64,000 bases of DNA from Vicugna vicugna. Its lineage: Eukaryota. This document shows, piece by piece, positions 1 to 12,690 of the stretch. Made by a program: the position numbers and the translations under genes. The notes under the pieces are model-generated. The model did no database searches. It was not told the origin of the DNA and was given only the letters and a program-made list of their open reading frames with translations. The stretch covers positions 5,454,093-5,518,092 of the forward strand of contig MU058687.1 in NCBI GenBank assembly GCA_013265495.1, written 5' to 3'. Positions within the stretch are counted from its first letter, which is position 1. Each line of letters starts with the position of its first letter.

Positions 1-499
1 ACTCACCAAGGGTAAGAAGAGATTGAAGGGTTTTAAACAGCAGAATTGTATAAGACTGACATTTAAAATTAGAAAAGTTAAATAAATAAAGTCATCCCGT
101 AAATGGTAGAGCAAAAGATTAAACACTGGGTCTGATGCCTACCATTTGCAGAAAGTTGTAATCTCAGTCTAAACCTGTTAGCATAATCTGAAAGGCACAG
201 TCATCCCTGGGTTGGCTTGGGTGGTCTAAGTAGATACTAATTTTTTTTTTAACTCAAAGACAATCTCCTGAATAACATAAACTTTCTCTTTGCCATATGG
301 AACTGTAGGGCTATCTTTAAGCAAAGGGTGCCTTTTATATCAGCCTTTAGCAAAGACAAATTTGTCCCCCTTTCAACTTAGTATCATCCCCTAGAATGAC
401 ACCTGGGATTCAACAATGTATTTGAGAGGGTGCTGCTGCTGTTAAAATCAGGACCATCAGTATCAAGGCTTACTCGAAAGACATCTTAGCTAACCAAAG

Positions 500-746
500 A
501 CAGCATAGGACGGTAGAACTGACCGCCTAGGTTCCAAATCTGGCTTCACCACTTACTAGCTGTGTAATCCTGGGATAAGAACTTGGAGCCTATTTTCTCA
601 TCTATAAAGTAGGGATGATGATAATAATAATAACAACAATAATTAATTCATAGAGTTGAGAGGATTAAATGAACTAACATACATAAAGCACTTGCAGAAG
701 TACTTAGCACAAAGCAAGTGCTGTATGACTGAAATCTGTTATTATC
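500..746 (+). mobile_element. MIR SINE
   Basis: MIR-like 'ggttccaaatctggcttcaccacttactagctgtgt...ttctcatctataaagtagggatgatgata...gaggattaaatga'. Confidence 0.85.
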
Positions 747-1744
747 AATAGTTATGAAAGCATTCAAAATTTAGGATATTTCTTAGAAAAAAATTGCATA
801 TATCCATTTGTAACCATTTTTTATAAACAGACTGGCCTTTTAAGATGAAGAATCCAAAGCAGAGATGCATCATTTCATATCCCATATTCCTACTTCATAT
901 TTAACAGCAGAGAGAAGTGGGTTCAAGTCCTAGCTCCCCATTTGAAAACCCTGCAATATGTAAAACTTGTGCTTGCCAGATATTTCATGACCACTTCTGT
1001 GCTTCTGTCCCTACATGAGAGTAGGAAAGCTCAGACAAGTGGGCTCTGTTCCCATCTGGAGCCTGGTAGAAGGTACACTCTCAAAATACCACCTCTGAAA
1101 ACACAATGACTGGCAGGATCTGAAAGCCCCCTCAAGGCTGGTGCTTATCAAATCAACAGCCATTAATAAGATACAGAAACAAAGCTTAGAGACCATGTCT
1201 GATTGAACACTTCACTCCTCAAAGATTCTAGACTAGTTTCTAGACAAGTTACCGGAATAATATTACAGTTGGCCCCCCACACCTGACCACTGCAATGGAT
1301 AATGCAAAGCAGCTGGGGGAGGCTTCCCTGATCCCTATTACTACACTGAAGAAAGACAAAGCTCTAAATCCACTGATCATTTGAACAGAATGAGCCCTCA
1401 GGCTTATTGCTGCTATATTTTGCCAAATGTTGAGATCTAGCTCAGGTGTCCAAGTTGACCTAGGGAGAGGAAAGAAAAAGGGACTTGAAAATGTTTACAA
1501 AACTAGGAGAAAAAAGTATGGAAGAGGGGAAAAGTGCATAAAATCAGGGTAATCTTAATGAGGGGGAGGCAGTGGCAAGGAAGGAAAGGTAAAATATAAG
1601 AGTAAATAAGCAGAAACACCATTTTCAGATATTCAGTTTAAAATTGATTTAAAGAGCAACAAGAAGGAAAAGATGCTAGGGAAGAAGAGAGTGGTGATTT
1701 CCCTTCCAACCTGACCGCACATTGTCTACAGGAGGACAAGATTA

Positions 1745-2200
1745 TAATCTTCCATACTTCTACCTAGATAATCGTCATCAACCTTTTGGCATGTACACTT
1801 ATTATATTCTTCATAGATATATTTACATAAACTTAAATAAAATTAGAGTTACACTTTACACATTGTTTTATAAACTAACCTTTCATTTTGTTAACTAATC
1901 ATTCATTAGACTCCTAAATTATGATCTTTAATGGCTGCATAGAATCTCCTCTTTTGGCTAAACTCTAAATTATTCGATTAATAACCCACTGTTGGACATT
2001 TCAATTGTTTGCATTACAGTAATGTTGCAATAATCATCCTTGAAATAATCTTGAGACTATTTAAGAGTATTTTTTCAGACTAAGAGAAGGAGATTAGACT
2101 GAAGGATATAAACATTTTTAAGACACATGTAGTATATATATTGCTAAATGTACCCATTCAAGTTGCACCAACTTGTCTTTCCACCAGCAGTATACAATAA
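1745..2200 (-). mobile_element. Old L1 (L1ME-type) 3' fragment
   Basis: Antisense L1M motifs 'ttaatggctgcatag', 'ctgttggacattt', 'ttccaccagcagtat'. Confidence 0.6.
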
Positions 2201-2460
2201 GACTACATTGATTAAAAAAAAAAACAAAATATAAGCACTTAAGTCAAAGCTACATAATAATTTCTACTTCTCTCTAAAACCAAGTAAGAGGATGGGAGCC
2301 ATAGAGTCATAATACTTAAAAGAAGGAAGCATAGCTTTTCTTAAATTAGTGAGCATATGAAATTAATGTATTTATTCATAGACTCATTCTAACGCTCTCA
2401 AAACCTTTTTTAAAAAAAAAAAACCTCATATAGCTCTTTAAAAACATGGAAGAGAATAAT

Positions 2461-2670
2461 TCAGACAGGCTTTGGCGTGAGAGAAAAGTGGGTTCAAGAC
2501 CTAGTTCCCCATTCGAAAACCCTGGGTGAACTACCTGAACGTTGTGAGGCTAAATTCATTCATGTATAAAATGAGCATAAGCACACGTCTCAGGATTGTT
2601 GGAAAGAGTACATGAGATGATGGATGGAAGTCCCCTAGCATAGTGCTTGATTCTCAGTAGGTCCTCACAC
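2461..2670 (+). mobile_element. MIR SINE
   Basis: 'caggctttgg...gggttcaagacctag...catgtataaaatgag...caggattgttgg...agcatagtgcttg'. Confidence 0.75.
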
Positions 2671-3713
2671 CTAGAGAATCTTCCATCTACTTTAAACATG
2701 CTCTGTTTGTAGGTTATTTTTTTTCAACGTATCAGGATTATGCTGGTAAGTTGCTGAAATAAATCTAAAAACTGCTGTGCCCATTCTTCTTTTGTTAATT
2801 TTTTTTCAGCAGGAAATATTGAGATAGACCATAAATTCTGACATAAATATTTAAGAGAAAGTTTTTTTGTTCAATGTCTTAAAAGTTAAAATTACCAATC
2901 AAACTGGGAAAAGCAGTATCTGTCCAGCAAACATCAACTGTGTTGGCTAAACCCTTGTTCCTCCCTCTCCATTACATATCCATGGTTATAAATTCTATTC
3001 CTCAAGGGATCCACTCACTAAAACAGCCACTTTTAGTCTCTTTGTCCTCATTATTTTCTTAAATTTTTTAAGATCTTCTCTGATGATTAATCCCCCCATA
3101 AAGTCCATGCATCCTGATTTCTTTTCCTTTTTGCTCCATTTTGTGATTTAAATTCTATCAGGCAGTAGGGCTGGGGGGCCAAAAAGCTTCTAATGAGAGA
3201 CACTGTAGGGTAAAGTGGTATGGACTTGTCTAATACACTGATGAATAGCTAACATAATTGACTCAAGCATAGAAACAAAAGAAAGTCATGAGAACTAAAA
3301 ATGTGTGGGCACTGAAGTATGTCATAAACAGGGAGATTCGCCCAATGAGTCACAGAACCATGCTGTCTGAATATCAGAATATGGATTGAGAGGAAAATAG
3401 ATGAATTTTTACCTATTGCTCCAGAATCTTCATTTTTTTTCCACTGTGATAAATTAAATGTGAATATTTTAAAAATCCTAAGTGTGAATGTATATGTTGA
3501 TTCAAGTCATCTTGTCAGCGTTTAATGTTCACTGCAAAGTCACCCTTAGGAATCAGCATCCCATTCAAGAAAGCTACAAATAGATCAAATCTTCAGACTG
3601 GCCTCTGAAATGGCACAAAGATGAGTGCATTTCAAGGGAAGATACTGTCTGAGCTCTTTGTCCATTAGCTTTATATAAAATTAGGGAATCTTCTAAAAGA
3701 TCTGATGAAGTGT

Positions 3714-4060
3714 TGCTATGTACTAAATGTTTGTGACCCCCCCCACAAATCTATATGTTGAAGTCTAACCCCCAATGTAATGGTATTTGGAAGTGGGGCC
3801 TTTGGGAGATAATTTGGTTTGCATAAGATTATGATGGTGGAGCCCCCATGATGGGATTGATGCCCTTATAAGTACATGAAAAGCACAGAGCAAGAAGACA
3901 GCCATCTATAACCAGGAAGCAGGTTCTCACCAGACACTGAATCTATGGGTGTCTTGATCGTGGACTTCCCAGCCTCTAGAACTGTGAGGAGTAAATATTT
4001 GTTGTTTAAGCCACCCAGTCTATGATATTTTTGTTGTAGCAGACTAAACTGGTTAAGACA
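3714..4060 (+). mobile_element. MaLR solo LTR (MLT1A/MST-like)
   Basis: TG...CA ends; 'atgttgaagtctaacccccaatgtaatggtatttggaagtggggcctttgggag', 'ggacttcccagcctctagaactgtgag', 'tttaagccacccagtctatg'. Confidence 0.85.
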
Positions 4061-4499
4061 GTTGTCAATATCAATGAAGTTTGCCACAGATCAATAAAGA
4101 AAAGAAAAAAAATAGGATAAGGGGTTTATCCAATGTGATTATTAGGAATAGGGGCAGGTCACATAACATTTTCCGAATGAAATCTATTTCAGTTTATCAT
4201 ATAAATCAGATCATACACTTGACAAACCTCTCTAAGGTTTTGAAGGCAATAGAAGAAGTCCACTACAACCCTGGACCCAACACTGTGTCTCTATGTTAAC
4301 AACACATCCAGATAGTCTGCAAAAAAAATCTATTGGTCCCACAATTCAATGGCTTTTTTTTTAATTCTCACAATAATTTAATGTCAGGAATTATTCAAAG
4401 ATATAGTTTATACAAATGCTTAAAGTCAAGATAATATTTGCTGAGATAGTCACTCATCCCAAATATTTAATCTTGAGTAGAAAACACAAATCTCCTATC

Positions 4500-5055
4500 T
4501 GTGCGTGGAAGATACCATTGAAGGCCTAAATGCCATAACTCTCTTATTTACTAAAAGAATCCTGATTTCATTCTTGTCTAGGAGAAATGTGTTCAGAGGA
4601 GTTCAGAACTTCCTTAGATTCATTCTTGCTCTAAATTAATCATGGTAATTCCATTCCTTTTTGCCAGTGATTAGATAGGAGTGAATAAGCTAGTTCTAGC
4701 CAATGCGACACAAGAGTTCATCTCTGAAAGGGGCTTCTGAAAAATATTTCCTAACCTGGTAAAAAGATGCCAAACGAGAAGCTTCCATCCTGCATTTAGA
4801 TGCTGTTGAGCGAGGACACAATACTTTGAGCTACGAAAGTAAACAATGTGTGAACATAAGAGAGAGTTAAGCACAAAAGCCATCACACCAAGGGTGGAAG
4901 AATGGAAAGGTAAAATCCTAGGTCACTGAAGACATTCTTATAATGATGAATCTTGAAATTCACCACCTTAAGACTTCTTGTTTAGTGGTATAATACATGT
5001 TTTGTAATTTAAGCTACTTTTAATGAAATATTCTGTTACTTACAGCTGAAGTTGT
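4500..5055. mobile_element. Old MaLR LTR (MLT1J/K-like)
   Basis: 'aatcatggtaattccattcc...tgccagtgatt...ttctagccaatg' and terminal 'ttctgttacttacagctga'. Confidence 0.6.
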
Positions 5056-5434
5056 CATAAATGTTACACCTAGTTAGATATGGAACATCACTTCCAGGAA
5101 GGGTCATAAACATCATACCTACTTTGCCTCCAGCCTACTCTGTTTCTGTCTTACTGTGTTGCTATGCACTGTTTGTCCATTATATTCTTCCACCTGGAAC
5201 TACTTTTCTCCCTTTCTCTCCTGAACTAATGGCCCAGTATCTCCTCCTCTGTAATGCTGTCCCGCATTCCCCTGCAAAAATCAAATTTCTCAATTACCTG
5301 TGTTTCTATATAATTTAGCCCCTACCATTATTACTCCTGTTATTGTACAATTATAAACATCATACGCATACTGTGTGCCAGATGTGCTAAATGCTTTAAC
5401 GTGTTATTTACACATATTACATCTTGGGCTAGGT

Positions 5435-5821
5435 TGTATTATTTGTTCTTAAATATGCCTCTCATTTGTGCCATGCTCCTAGAAGGGAAAGTATTCTTCC
5501 TTATCTGTCAATTTGGGGCTTGGCCATGTGTCTTGCTTTGGCCAAAATGTGGGTAAACCAGATGTACCCTATTTCTGAGCAGAAGTTTTACATGCCTACA
5601 TATAGTCTAGCTCTGGCTCTGTTACTCATGTCTTCACCACAAGAACAGGATGTTCAAACATGCACCCTTAACATGACTCTCAGAATGAGAAGACACATGG
5701 AGCCCAACAAAGAACAATCAAGTCCAGCAAAATCACAGATAATATGCAGCCCTCACGTGAGAAGGGAAAGAAGCATGTTGGTTTTAGAAAGCCACTGAGA
5801 TATGGGGCAAAATCTAATACA
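5435..5821. mobile_element. MaLR LTR (MLT1H/I-like) splitting an antisense MIR
   Basis: 'gggcttggccatgtgtcttgctttggccaa', 'aagccactgagat...ctaataca'; MIR halves at ~5360-5420 and ~5825-5900. Confidence 0.65.
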
Positions 5822-7235
5822 ATACCATTTAATCTAAAACTGATAACGTATGAAATACCTACTATTATTATTACTATCCCATTTAACAGTGGAAGAAACC
5901 AACTCCAGCTGCAAGACTTAGATTCTTCCCTATAATATAATGCATATGTTTCTCTTCCATGAGAATCAGGAAAAGAACTATATATTTTTTATCCTTATTT
6001 CCCTAATATCTAGCACATTGTCTGCTTGATTAATAATGCTGCTGGAAAGAGGAAGCTACAGTTCTAGAACACATCCTCATTATTAACACTTCTTCGTTAC
6101 TCATATTTTACATACTCTGATATCAACAGCAACATAATTTTACTGGTAAAGGTAGAGGTCGAAGGCAAATAGTCTTTCCATTATGTTGCACAATTTTACT
6201 CCTCCTCCTCAGTATTAGATTGTGAATCTCAATCCCAGAAGGAAAAAAAGTTAATCGATACACATACATACATAAGTCTTGTGTGGTGTTTGTCTTGCTA
6301 CAGATACACACACACAAGCATTTATGAATGCAGGGAGAGATAAAAGCTTTATGATAGCTTTCAAGCAATAGTAAAACACATTTTAGATATATAAAACAAG
6401 ATTCTCATAGATAAAAATGCATCCTTTCTAGTTTTTCATCCATTAGAGAGAAATACAATAAAACACCCAATTTCTATTCCCGAATGAAGCATTTCAGAAG
6501 TTTAATTTTTCTTGCTAACATCCAAGTAACTCAATGATGTTCATCTAAAAATGAGGGCAAAATGTATTAAATTCATCAGCATATAAGTGACTTTTCTAGA
6601 ATGTAAAGGTGGATCACAGCAAAGGACATCCATGATTTCAAATGTTATTACTTACCAAGGAAAAATAAAGTCAGGTTTTTTACACTATCATTTACAAACT
6701 ATTTCCCTGAACTGTTCTTGATATTATCACTTTCTGTTTTATGATTTTCCCCCAGAGAAACTAACTATAAAATAACGTTTGTACCAGGATCTGATCCTCA
6801 TTCACTTAACATTAGATGTTTCTTGAGCAAATAGATGAATGAACAAATAAGCAATTGAACTCTGGTCAATTTATGAGAGATTTTTTTATTGGCCACATAC
6901 TTTTATTAACAGTTTATAACAGATCATGATAGTCCAGAATTATCTGTGTATCTGTGGGCCTTACTTTCTTACCTGTATAAATGATTCAGATGGATACAAT
7001 TTCTAAGATGACTTTGGTTTTAAAATTCTTTGTTGAAAGATGAAATTTTACTTAATACAGGGATGTTGACAAAGATTTAACACACTGAGTGCATATTTGT
7101 TAAATGAAGGAATCCTGTGTGATGGGTAATTGTATGTGCCAAATTGACTGGGCTACAAGGTGCCCAGACATTTGGCCAGACATTATTCTGTGTGGCTGTG
7201 AGGTTGTATCTGCATAAAATGAACATTTGAATCAG

Positions 7236-7267
7236 TAGGGATAGGGTTAGGGTTAGGGTTAGGGTTA
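7236..7267 (+). repeat. Short interstitial telomeric repeat (TTAGGG)n
   Basis: TAGGG ATAGGG TTAGGG TTAGGG TTAGGG TTA read directly. Confidence 0.9.
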
Positions 7268-7606
7268 AAAACAAAATTGACTCAGTAGAATGAGTAAAGC
7301 AAATGCTGTCCCTAATATGGGTGGACCTAATCCAATCAACTGAAGACCTCAATAGAACAAAAAGGCTAAATAAGCCTACTGACTCCTGACTGACTGCTTA
7401 AGTTAGACATTGGTCATTTCCAACCTGAAGTATCAGCTCTTCTTGAGTCGCAAGCTTGCCAACATTTGGACTGGAATATGTACCATTGTCTCTCCTGGTT
7501 CTCTAGCTTTTGGAGTCAGATTCGAATTATACATTGCCTCTCCTGGGTCTCAAGCTTGCCAACTGCAGACTGGGGGCTTCCTGCCTTCATAATCACATGA
7601 GGTAGT

Positions 7607-7692
7607 TCTATCTATCTATCTGTCTATTTATCTATCTATCTATCCACCCATCCATCCACCCACCCACCTATCCATTCATCTATCCATCCATT
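7607..7692. repeat. (TCTA)n/(TCCA)n compound microsatellite inside MLT2
   Basis: Direct tetranucleotide runs. Confidence 0.85.
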
Positions 7693-8319
7693 TGTCCTAT
7701 TGGTTCTGTTTCTCAGGAGAACCCTAATATATCCTGTATGTATTCAACCCCTTAATCCCTCCTTCTACACCTGTATCATTAAGCTTTGTGAATTCTGCTT
7801 CCAAAATGTCTAGCATCTTTCCAAACTAGATTTTACTGAATTGAAGCTATTTCTTAAATTTTTTTTAAAACAACGCATACAATATCTTTTTTTAACCAAT
7901 TTCTCTTCTTACAAACCTGTGTAACAAGTAGACTAACAATCCTCTAAAAATATATTTTATTATAAATAAGTAGTTTTTATCCAGATAAGTTTTTTTGAGA
8001 TTTCCTTTTTTATGGCATGTGCTCTAATGAAATTAAGATATAAAAATACTGTACAGAGTATTTAATTTATTATAAAAAACATAAGGGATTGATTTTGTAT
8101 TTAAAATAACAGGACATTTGGGAGTAAACAGCAAATAGCCAAAACTATTGGCATCAGAGTATGTAAAATGTAAGAGTAATGAAGATGTGTTAATAATGAG
8201 GATGTGCACTAAAACTAAAGCAACTAGAACAAAGAAGCATTTGCTGCATTTACTCCTAGTGTGACCTCTCTTCATGATTATATCATGTTTCCTGTGGAAT
8301 GGGAACAAGATGACAGCCA

Positions 8320-9860
8320 TTTTGAAATGCACTCTGAGCCATTGGGACTTGTATTTAGTTGGTGTGGGTCAATTACCAATGATTTTTTTGCTAACAGCAT
8401 TGTTTAGGGTAACGAGAGAAGAAATTGTTAAGATTTTGAAGTAAACAATGGAAATGAAGAAGTGGGATTCAGACGTACAGTTGATCCTAAATACTCACAA
8501 AGTCTGCATTTGCAAAAATACCCACTCGTTAAAAAAATTTTGTAACCCCAAATCAATGCCATATCCCTTTTGTAGTCACTCACAGACACAAAGGGTGGTG
8601 AAAATTTGAGTCGCCCAGTGTGTGTATATATTCCCAGCTGAGGTCAAACAAGGTAATGCTCTGTTTTCCTGTTTCGGTTTTTCATACTGAAAACAAGTGT
8701 CTTTCTTATGGTCCATTTAGTGCCACGTTTTTCATATCTTTGAACTTTTGTGTGTGTGTATGATTTCACTGTTTAAATGCCCCCCAAGAATAATGTTATT
8801 TAGTGTTCCTAAGTGCATGAAGGTTGTGATGTGCCTTATGGAGAAAACATGTATGTTAGATAATTTCATTCAGGCATGAGTTACAGTGCTATTTGTTGAC
8901 TATGAGCTCAGTGTCCATGAATCAATAATATATCTTAAGTAAGGTGTCCTTAAACAAAAACACACAAAATAAAGTATGTGTTTATCAGTTAACAAAAATA
9001 TTGTGATCAGAGAGCCTCACAGGTACCTAATCCTTTATTTCCCCTATGGGCAATGATTCCGTATTTGTTAATTTATTGTCAAAGTGACCATAGAACATAT
9101 TACTGTGAATAATGAAAATCAACTTTATTTTAGAATTTATAGGATTAAGTGCCTGGCTGGATGTGTGGAAGAAAGAAGTCAAGAATAAACATTACTCTTC
9201 TTGCTTGAGTATCTGAGAAGATGGTAATGTTATTACCTAAATTAAGGAAGACAGGAGATGGTACAAATTTTAGGAATTGGCATTATCTTAAATTTTGAAT
9301 AAGCTGAACTTGAGTATGTTCACTCTGAGGTAGACAGAGGTACAGAAGTGTAGAAATTTTTTGAGCATAAAGGTATGAGACTCAAGAGTGAGGTTAGAGC
9401 TGGTGATATAGACTAGAAAGTCAACAGCAAGGAGAGGAAGGGTGTAGTCAAGAAAATGAATGGACTCACAGAAGGAAAGATGCATAGTAAGAAGAGAAGT
9501 GGGGCAGAGGAAGACCTAGTCTCCCTGCAAGAGTAAGCAAAAAGAAGTCAGAAAGGGAGCCCATAAATAAGCAGTAATTTAGGAGGAGAACCAGAAGAAA
9601 GGGAGAAACCGAAGCCAAGGAAAGAGTTTCACAGAAACGAATAAGCTGTGAGGATCAAACCACCAGAAGAGTCAAATGGGAGGGAGTCTCGGAAGAGACC
9701 ACTGGATCTTTGGTGACATTAGTGAGAGGAACTCCAGGAAAATGACAGCGGAGAAGCCAGACTGCAATGGGAGGAGGAGCAGGTAAGGAGGTTGGCCTAT
9801 CAGCAAAGAAGAAAAGACAACTTGTGTTTTCAAAGATTTTGGCAGTGAAGGAACTAAGAA
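8320..9860 (-). mobile_element. L2 LINE fragments, interrupted by MER82
   Basis: Purine-rich antisense L2 signature ('gaagtcaagaat', 'ctgagaagatggtaatg', 'ctttggtgacattagtgagag') continuing across the MER82 insertion. Confidence 0.6.
8478..9125 (+). mobile_element. MER82 (Tigger-family non-autonomous DNA transposon), near full length
   Basis: TIRs 'cagttgatcct...' and '...gaataatgaaaatcaact', TA target duplication at 8476-8477 and 9126-9127, internal 'ttcccagctgaggtcaaacaagg'. Confidence 0.85.
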
Positions 9861-10065
9861 AAACTAGGCAACTTTCTGCAACTTCCTATAACAAAAGAGG
9901 AGAGGAGTTCATGATGTTCACCTTCTTTGAACATCTGAAAGTTTTACATAAGATAAATGTGTTCTTCTACCAATGATATCTAAATAAAAAAATGGATTTA
10001 AGTTACAATTTCAATTCTAATTTTTTAAATTGCTACCATTTACCTGAAGCTAAAATTGCCATTTA

Positions 10066-10190
10066 TCACTCATTAGCCCAATAAAATTTTACTGGGAACT
10101 ACTGTGTGCCCAGCAGTATTCTAGACACTGGGGATGGAGCAGTGAACAAAACAGACAAAAACTAGAAGAGTATATTCTAGCATACCAGTG
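10066..10190 (-). mobile_element. L2 3' end
   Basis: 'tactgtgtgcccagcagtattctagacactggggatggagcagtgaacaaaacagac'. Confidence 0.75.
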
Positions 10191-11307
10191 TGTACCAGGA
10201 AGATAACTGACATTATCCAAGTCTAATGTAAGCCAACGGGTGATATAGGGCAGTCAGAAATTTAACAGAAAGTGAAATAAAAAATTAAGAAAGGGTTTGC
10301 TAGAATCAAGTTAGGGATGGGACTGTAGTCTCCCCAAAATCACACTAAACAATAGAAATGACTTTACTACAACAACAAATGAAAATAACAACTGAAGAAC
10401 ACTTCTGGCAGTTTTGTGGTGAAGGAAATGGTGTTGGAACTCTCCTTGCTCATTTGAAAACTATAAAGTATAATTTTTCAACTGGCACAGAAGCCTTTCG
10501 AAGGAGCAACTAAGTATTGTAAACCCTGGGCAAACCCCCAACAACCCTAGGATAGGGATGATTCCATCTAATTAAATACCTCAAGGACATCCTTATATGC
10601 CCCTCCAGGACAGCTAAATAAGAAGACTCATGATGGTCCTTGTTTCAAAATCACAGAGATTCAGCCATCCTAGAGTGGTGTGGACCTGGGGCTGAACTCT
10701 AAAGTGAATTTGAAAATGTTTTCAACCATTCAGCTGCCTGCACCTTGAGTGATAGCTGAGGATAGACACAAGACTGACAGAACTACGAATATATTCTGTA
10801 ACATGATTGAACATCTAGAAACACATTATTAATAGTATAATGCTGTTTGGAAGTTATAGCAAGGCATAATGATGGCTAATTGATTTGGAAACTTATATGC
10901 ACATATTATCAACCCATATAAATAATTTGATACGCAAATAATCGCTCTGTTTGGATGCATGTAATTTTAATTTTGGGAATCCCTGAAGATTAAAGTGTTA
11001 CAGAAACACTTTATTAGTTAATTCATAATCTACTCATTTTGAATTTGTGATAGATCAGAGAAAGGTTAAAAAAAGGAGTAATTATATATCAATCAAATCA
11101 CTAATATATATGGTACTGCAAAGTTTATGTTTAACTGACAACATGAATTTTATTACATTATTGTTATCAATCCTTAATCAGGTAATGTATTATAAATTCT
11201 AATCCATTCACTTTTTAGGAATTCAGCAAATTCCTAAATGACCTCTGAAACACTTTAGTTACCAATTTTATAGCATATACTTGCAATATATAAAACTAAA
11301 CTTTGTT

Positions 11308-11438
11308 GGGGAGCCTATAGCTCAATGGTAGAGTGTGTGATTAACATGCACAAGGTCCTGCGTTCAATCCCCAGTACTTCCATTTAAATAAATAAATAAA
11401 CCTAATTTCCCCTCTCCCCCCAAAAATAAAAATTTTAA
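11308..11438 (+). mobile_element. tRNA-derived SINE, camelid type
   Basis: A box TAGCTCAATGG, B box GTTCAATCC, (AAAT)n, 'cctaatt..C-rich' segment, A tail; degenerate TSD 11292-11307 / 11439-11454 (12/16). Confidence 0.85.
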
Positions 11439-11797
11439 AAAACCAAATTTTTATATAACTGAAATTGAATACTTATATGACTGTCTCAATTAATCTGAAT
11501 CAGTAAGATTTTATGTCATTTATATTTAGCTGCCAGTCAACAGCCTAATTTTTCTACATATCCTGGATACTAGTAGATAAATAATTAACTTTTATTAGCA
11601 TATATCAATAATTTTACCCATCTGAGATTTCAAACTGTTTTGATTTTCCTTCTCCATAAAAGCAGGCCATCTAAATTACTTACATCAGTAAAAGAGTTGT
11701 CAAAATATTTCAGAAGCATTAAGCTAAACTTTTAACTTTGCAGACAATAGTTAATTTATTCATATCAGGACACTGGAATCTTGATGCTAACAGTTAC

Positions 11798-11809
11798 CTT
11801 TTGAAGTGT
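11798..11809 (-). other. Candidate 12-nt microexon (ACACTTCAAAAG)
   Basis: Minus strand ccacttttgttttcctggcag|ACACTTCAAAAG|gtaact; frame-preserving, no stop in any frame; no transcript evidence. Confidence 0.3.
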
Positions 11810-12014
11810 CTGCCAGGAAAACAAAAGTGGAACCCAGACCAAAAATCCACTGTTTTATTTATGAATAAATCATTGAAATAAGAATTTAGATGTAAGGTTT
11901 TAAAAAAAGGGATTTTTTAAAAAATTTGAGTATTAACCTAACCAAAAGCAGAGATACCTAGGTATGTGTGATAGAGGCAATTGAGAAGTCATTTCAAAAA
12001 TGCTATGAGCTGAT

Positions 12015-12690
12015 ATGCAGAATAGCTAAAATTTTTAAAAAAGGAAAAAATTGGTGAGGATAGTGAAGACACAGAGCTAACGCGACTCACATGCACTGCT
12101 GGTGGTATGTAAACTGGTACATCTCCTTTGGAAAGCTGCTTGACCGTATCTACCTAGTTGAATATATGCATACCCTACGGCTTAGCAATTCTATTCCCAG
12201 GTATAAACTCAAAAGAAATCCATCCATCTGCTCACAAAAAAAAAAAATGCACAATGCACTATATTCATAGAAGCATGCTTCATAATTGCTCAAAACAGGA
12301 TACTCCTCAAATGCCCCTCAGCAGTGGAGTGGATATATAAATTAAGGATATTCACACAATGAAAGTATACAACAATACAAATGAACAATCTACAGTTACA
12401 GACAAAAATATTAATGACTCTTACAAACAAAACGGGCAAGTGAAAGAAGCCAGATACAAAAGAATATATACCTTATTATTCCAATTTTATCAAGTTAAAA
12501 AAAAATACAGGAAAATCTGATCTATGTTTTTAGAAGCCAGGATAGTGGTTACTTATGGCAAGGCGATAATGGATCAAAAGAGTTAGACAGGGTCGGGGCA
12601 GGAGGGTGGGGGTGTTCTGGTATTTCTATTTCTTGACCTGAGTGTTATAAAATGACTTCAGTTTGTGAAAATCCACCTTTTGTGCACTTT
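12015..12690 (+). mobile_element. L1ME-type 3' fragment
   Basis: 'actgctggtggtatgtaaactggtac', 'agcaattctattcccaggtata', 'aagtgaaagaagccagatacaaaag'. Confidence 0.8.

Larger units (their letters stand above)
7118..7731 (+). mobile_element. ERVL solo LTR (MLT2D-like) with 5-bp TSD TCCTG
   Basis: Starts 'tgtgatgggtaattgtatgtgccaa', ends 'tcctattggttctgtttctcaggagaaccctaatata'; TCCTG at 7113-7117 and 7732-7736. Confidence 0.9.

Noticed and set aside
7265..7281. Read-through copy of telomerase RNA beyond the template (ttaaaaacaaaattgac)
   Set aside because: Only loosely similar to the recalled TERC template flank, and mostly explained by the duplicated target sequence.
11308..11382. tRNA gene (A and B boxes, tRNA-like length)
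   Set aside because: Followed by a SINE body, A tail and degenerate TSD with no T-run terminator. It is a SINE head, not a tRNA gene.
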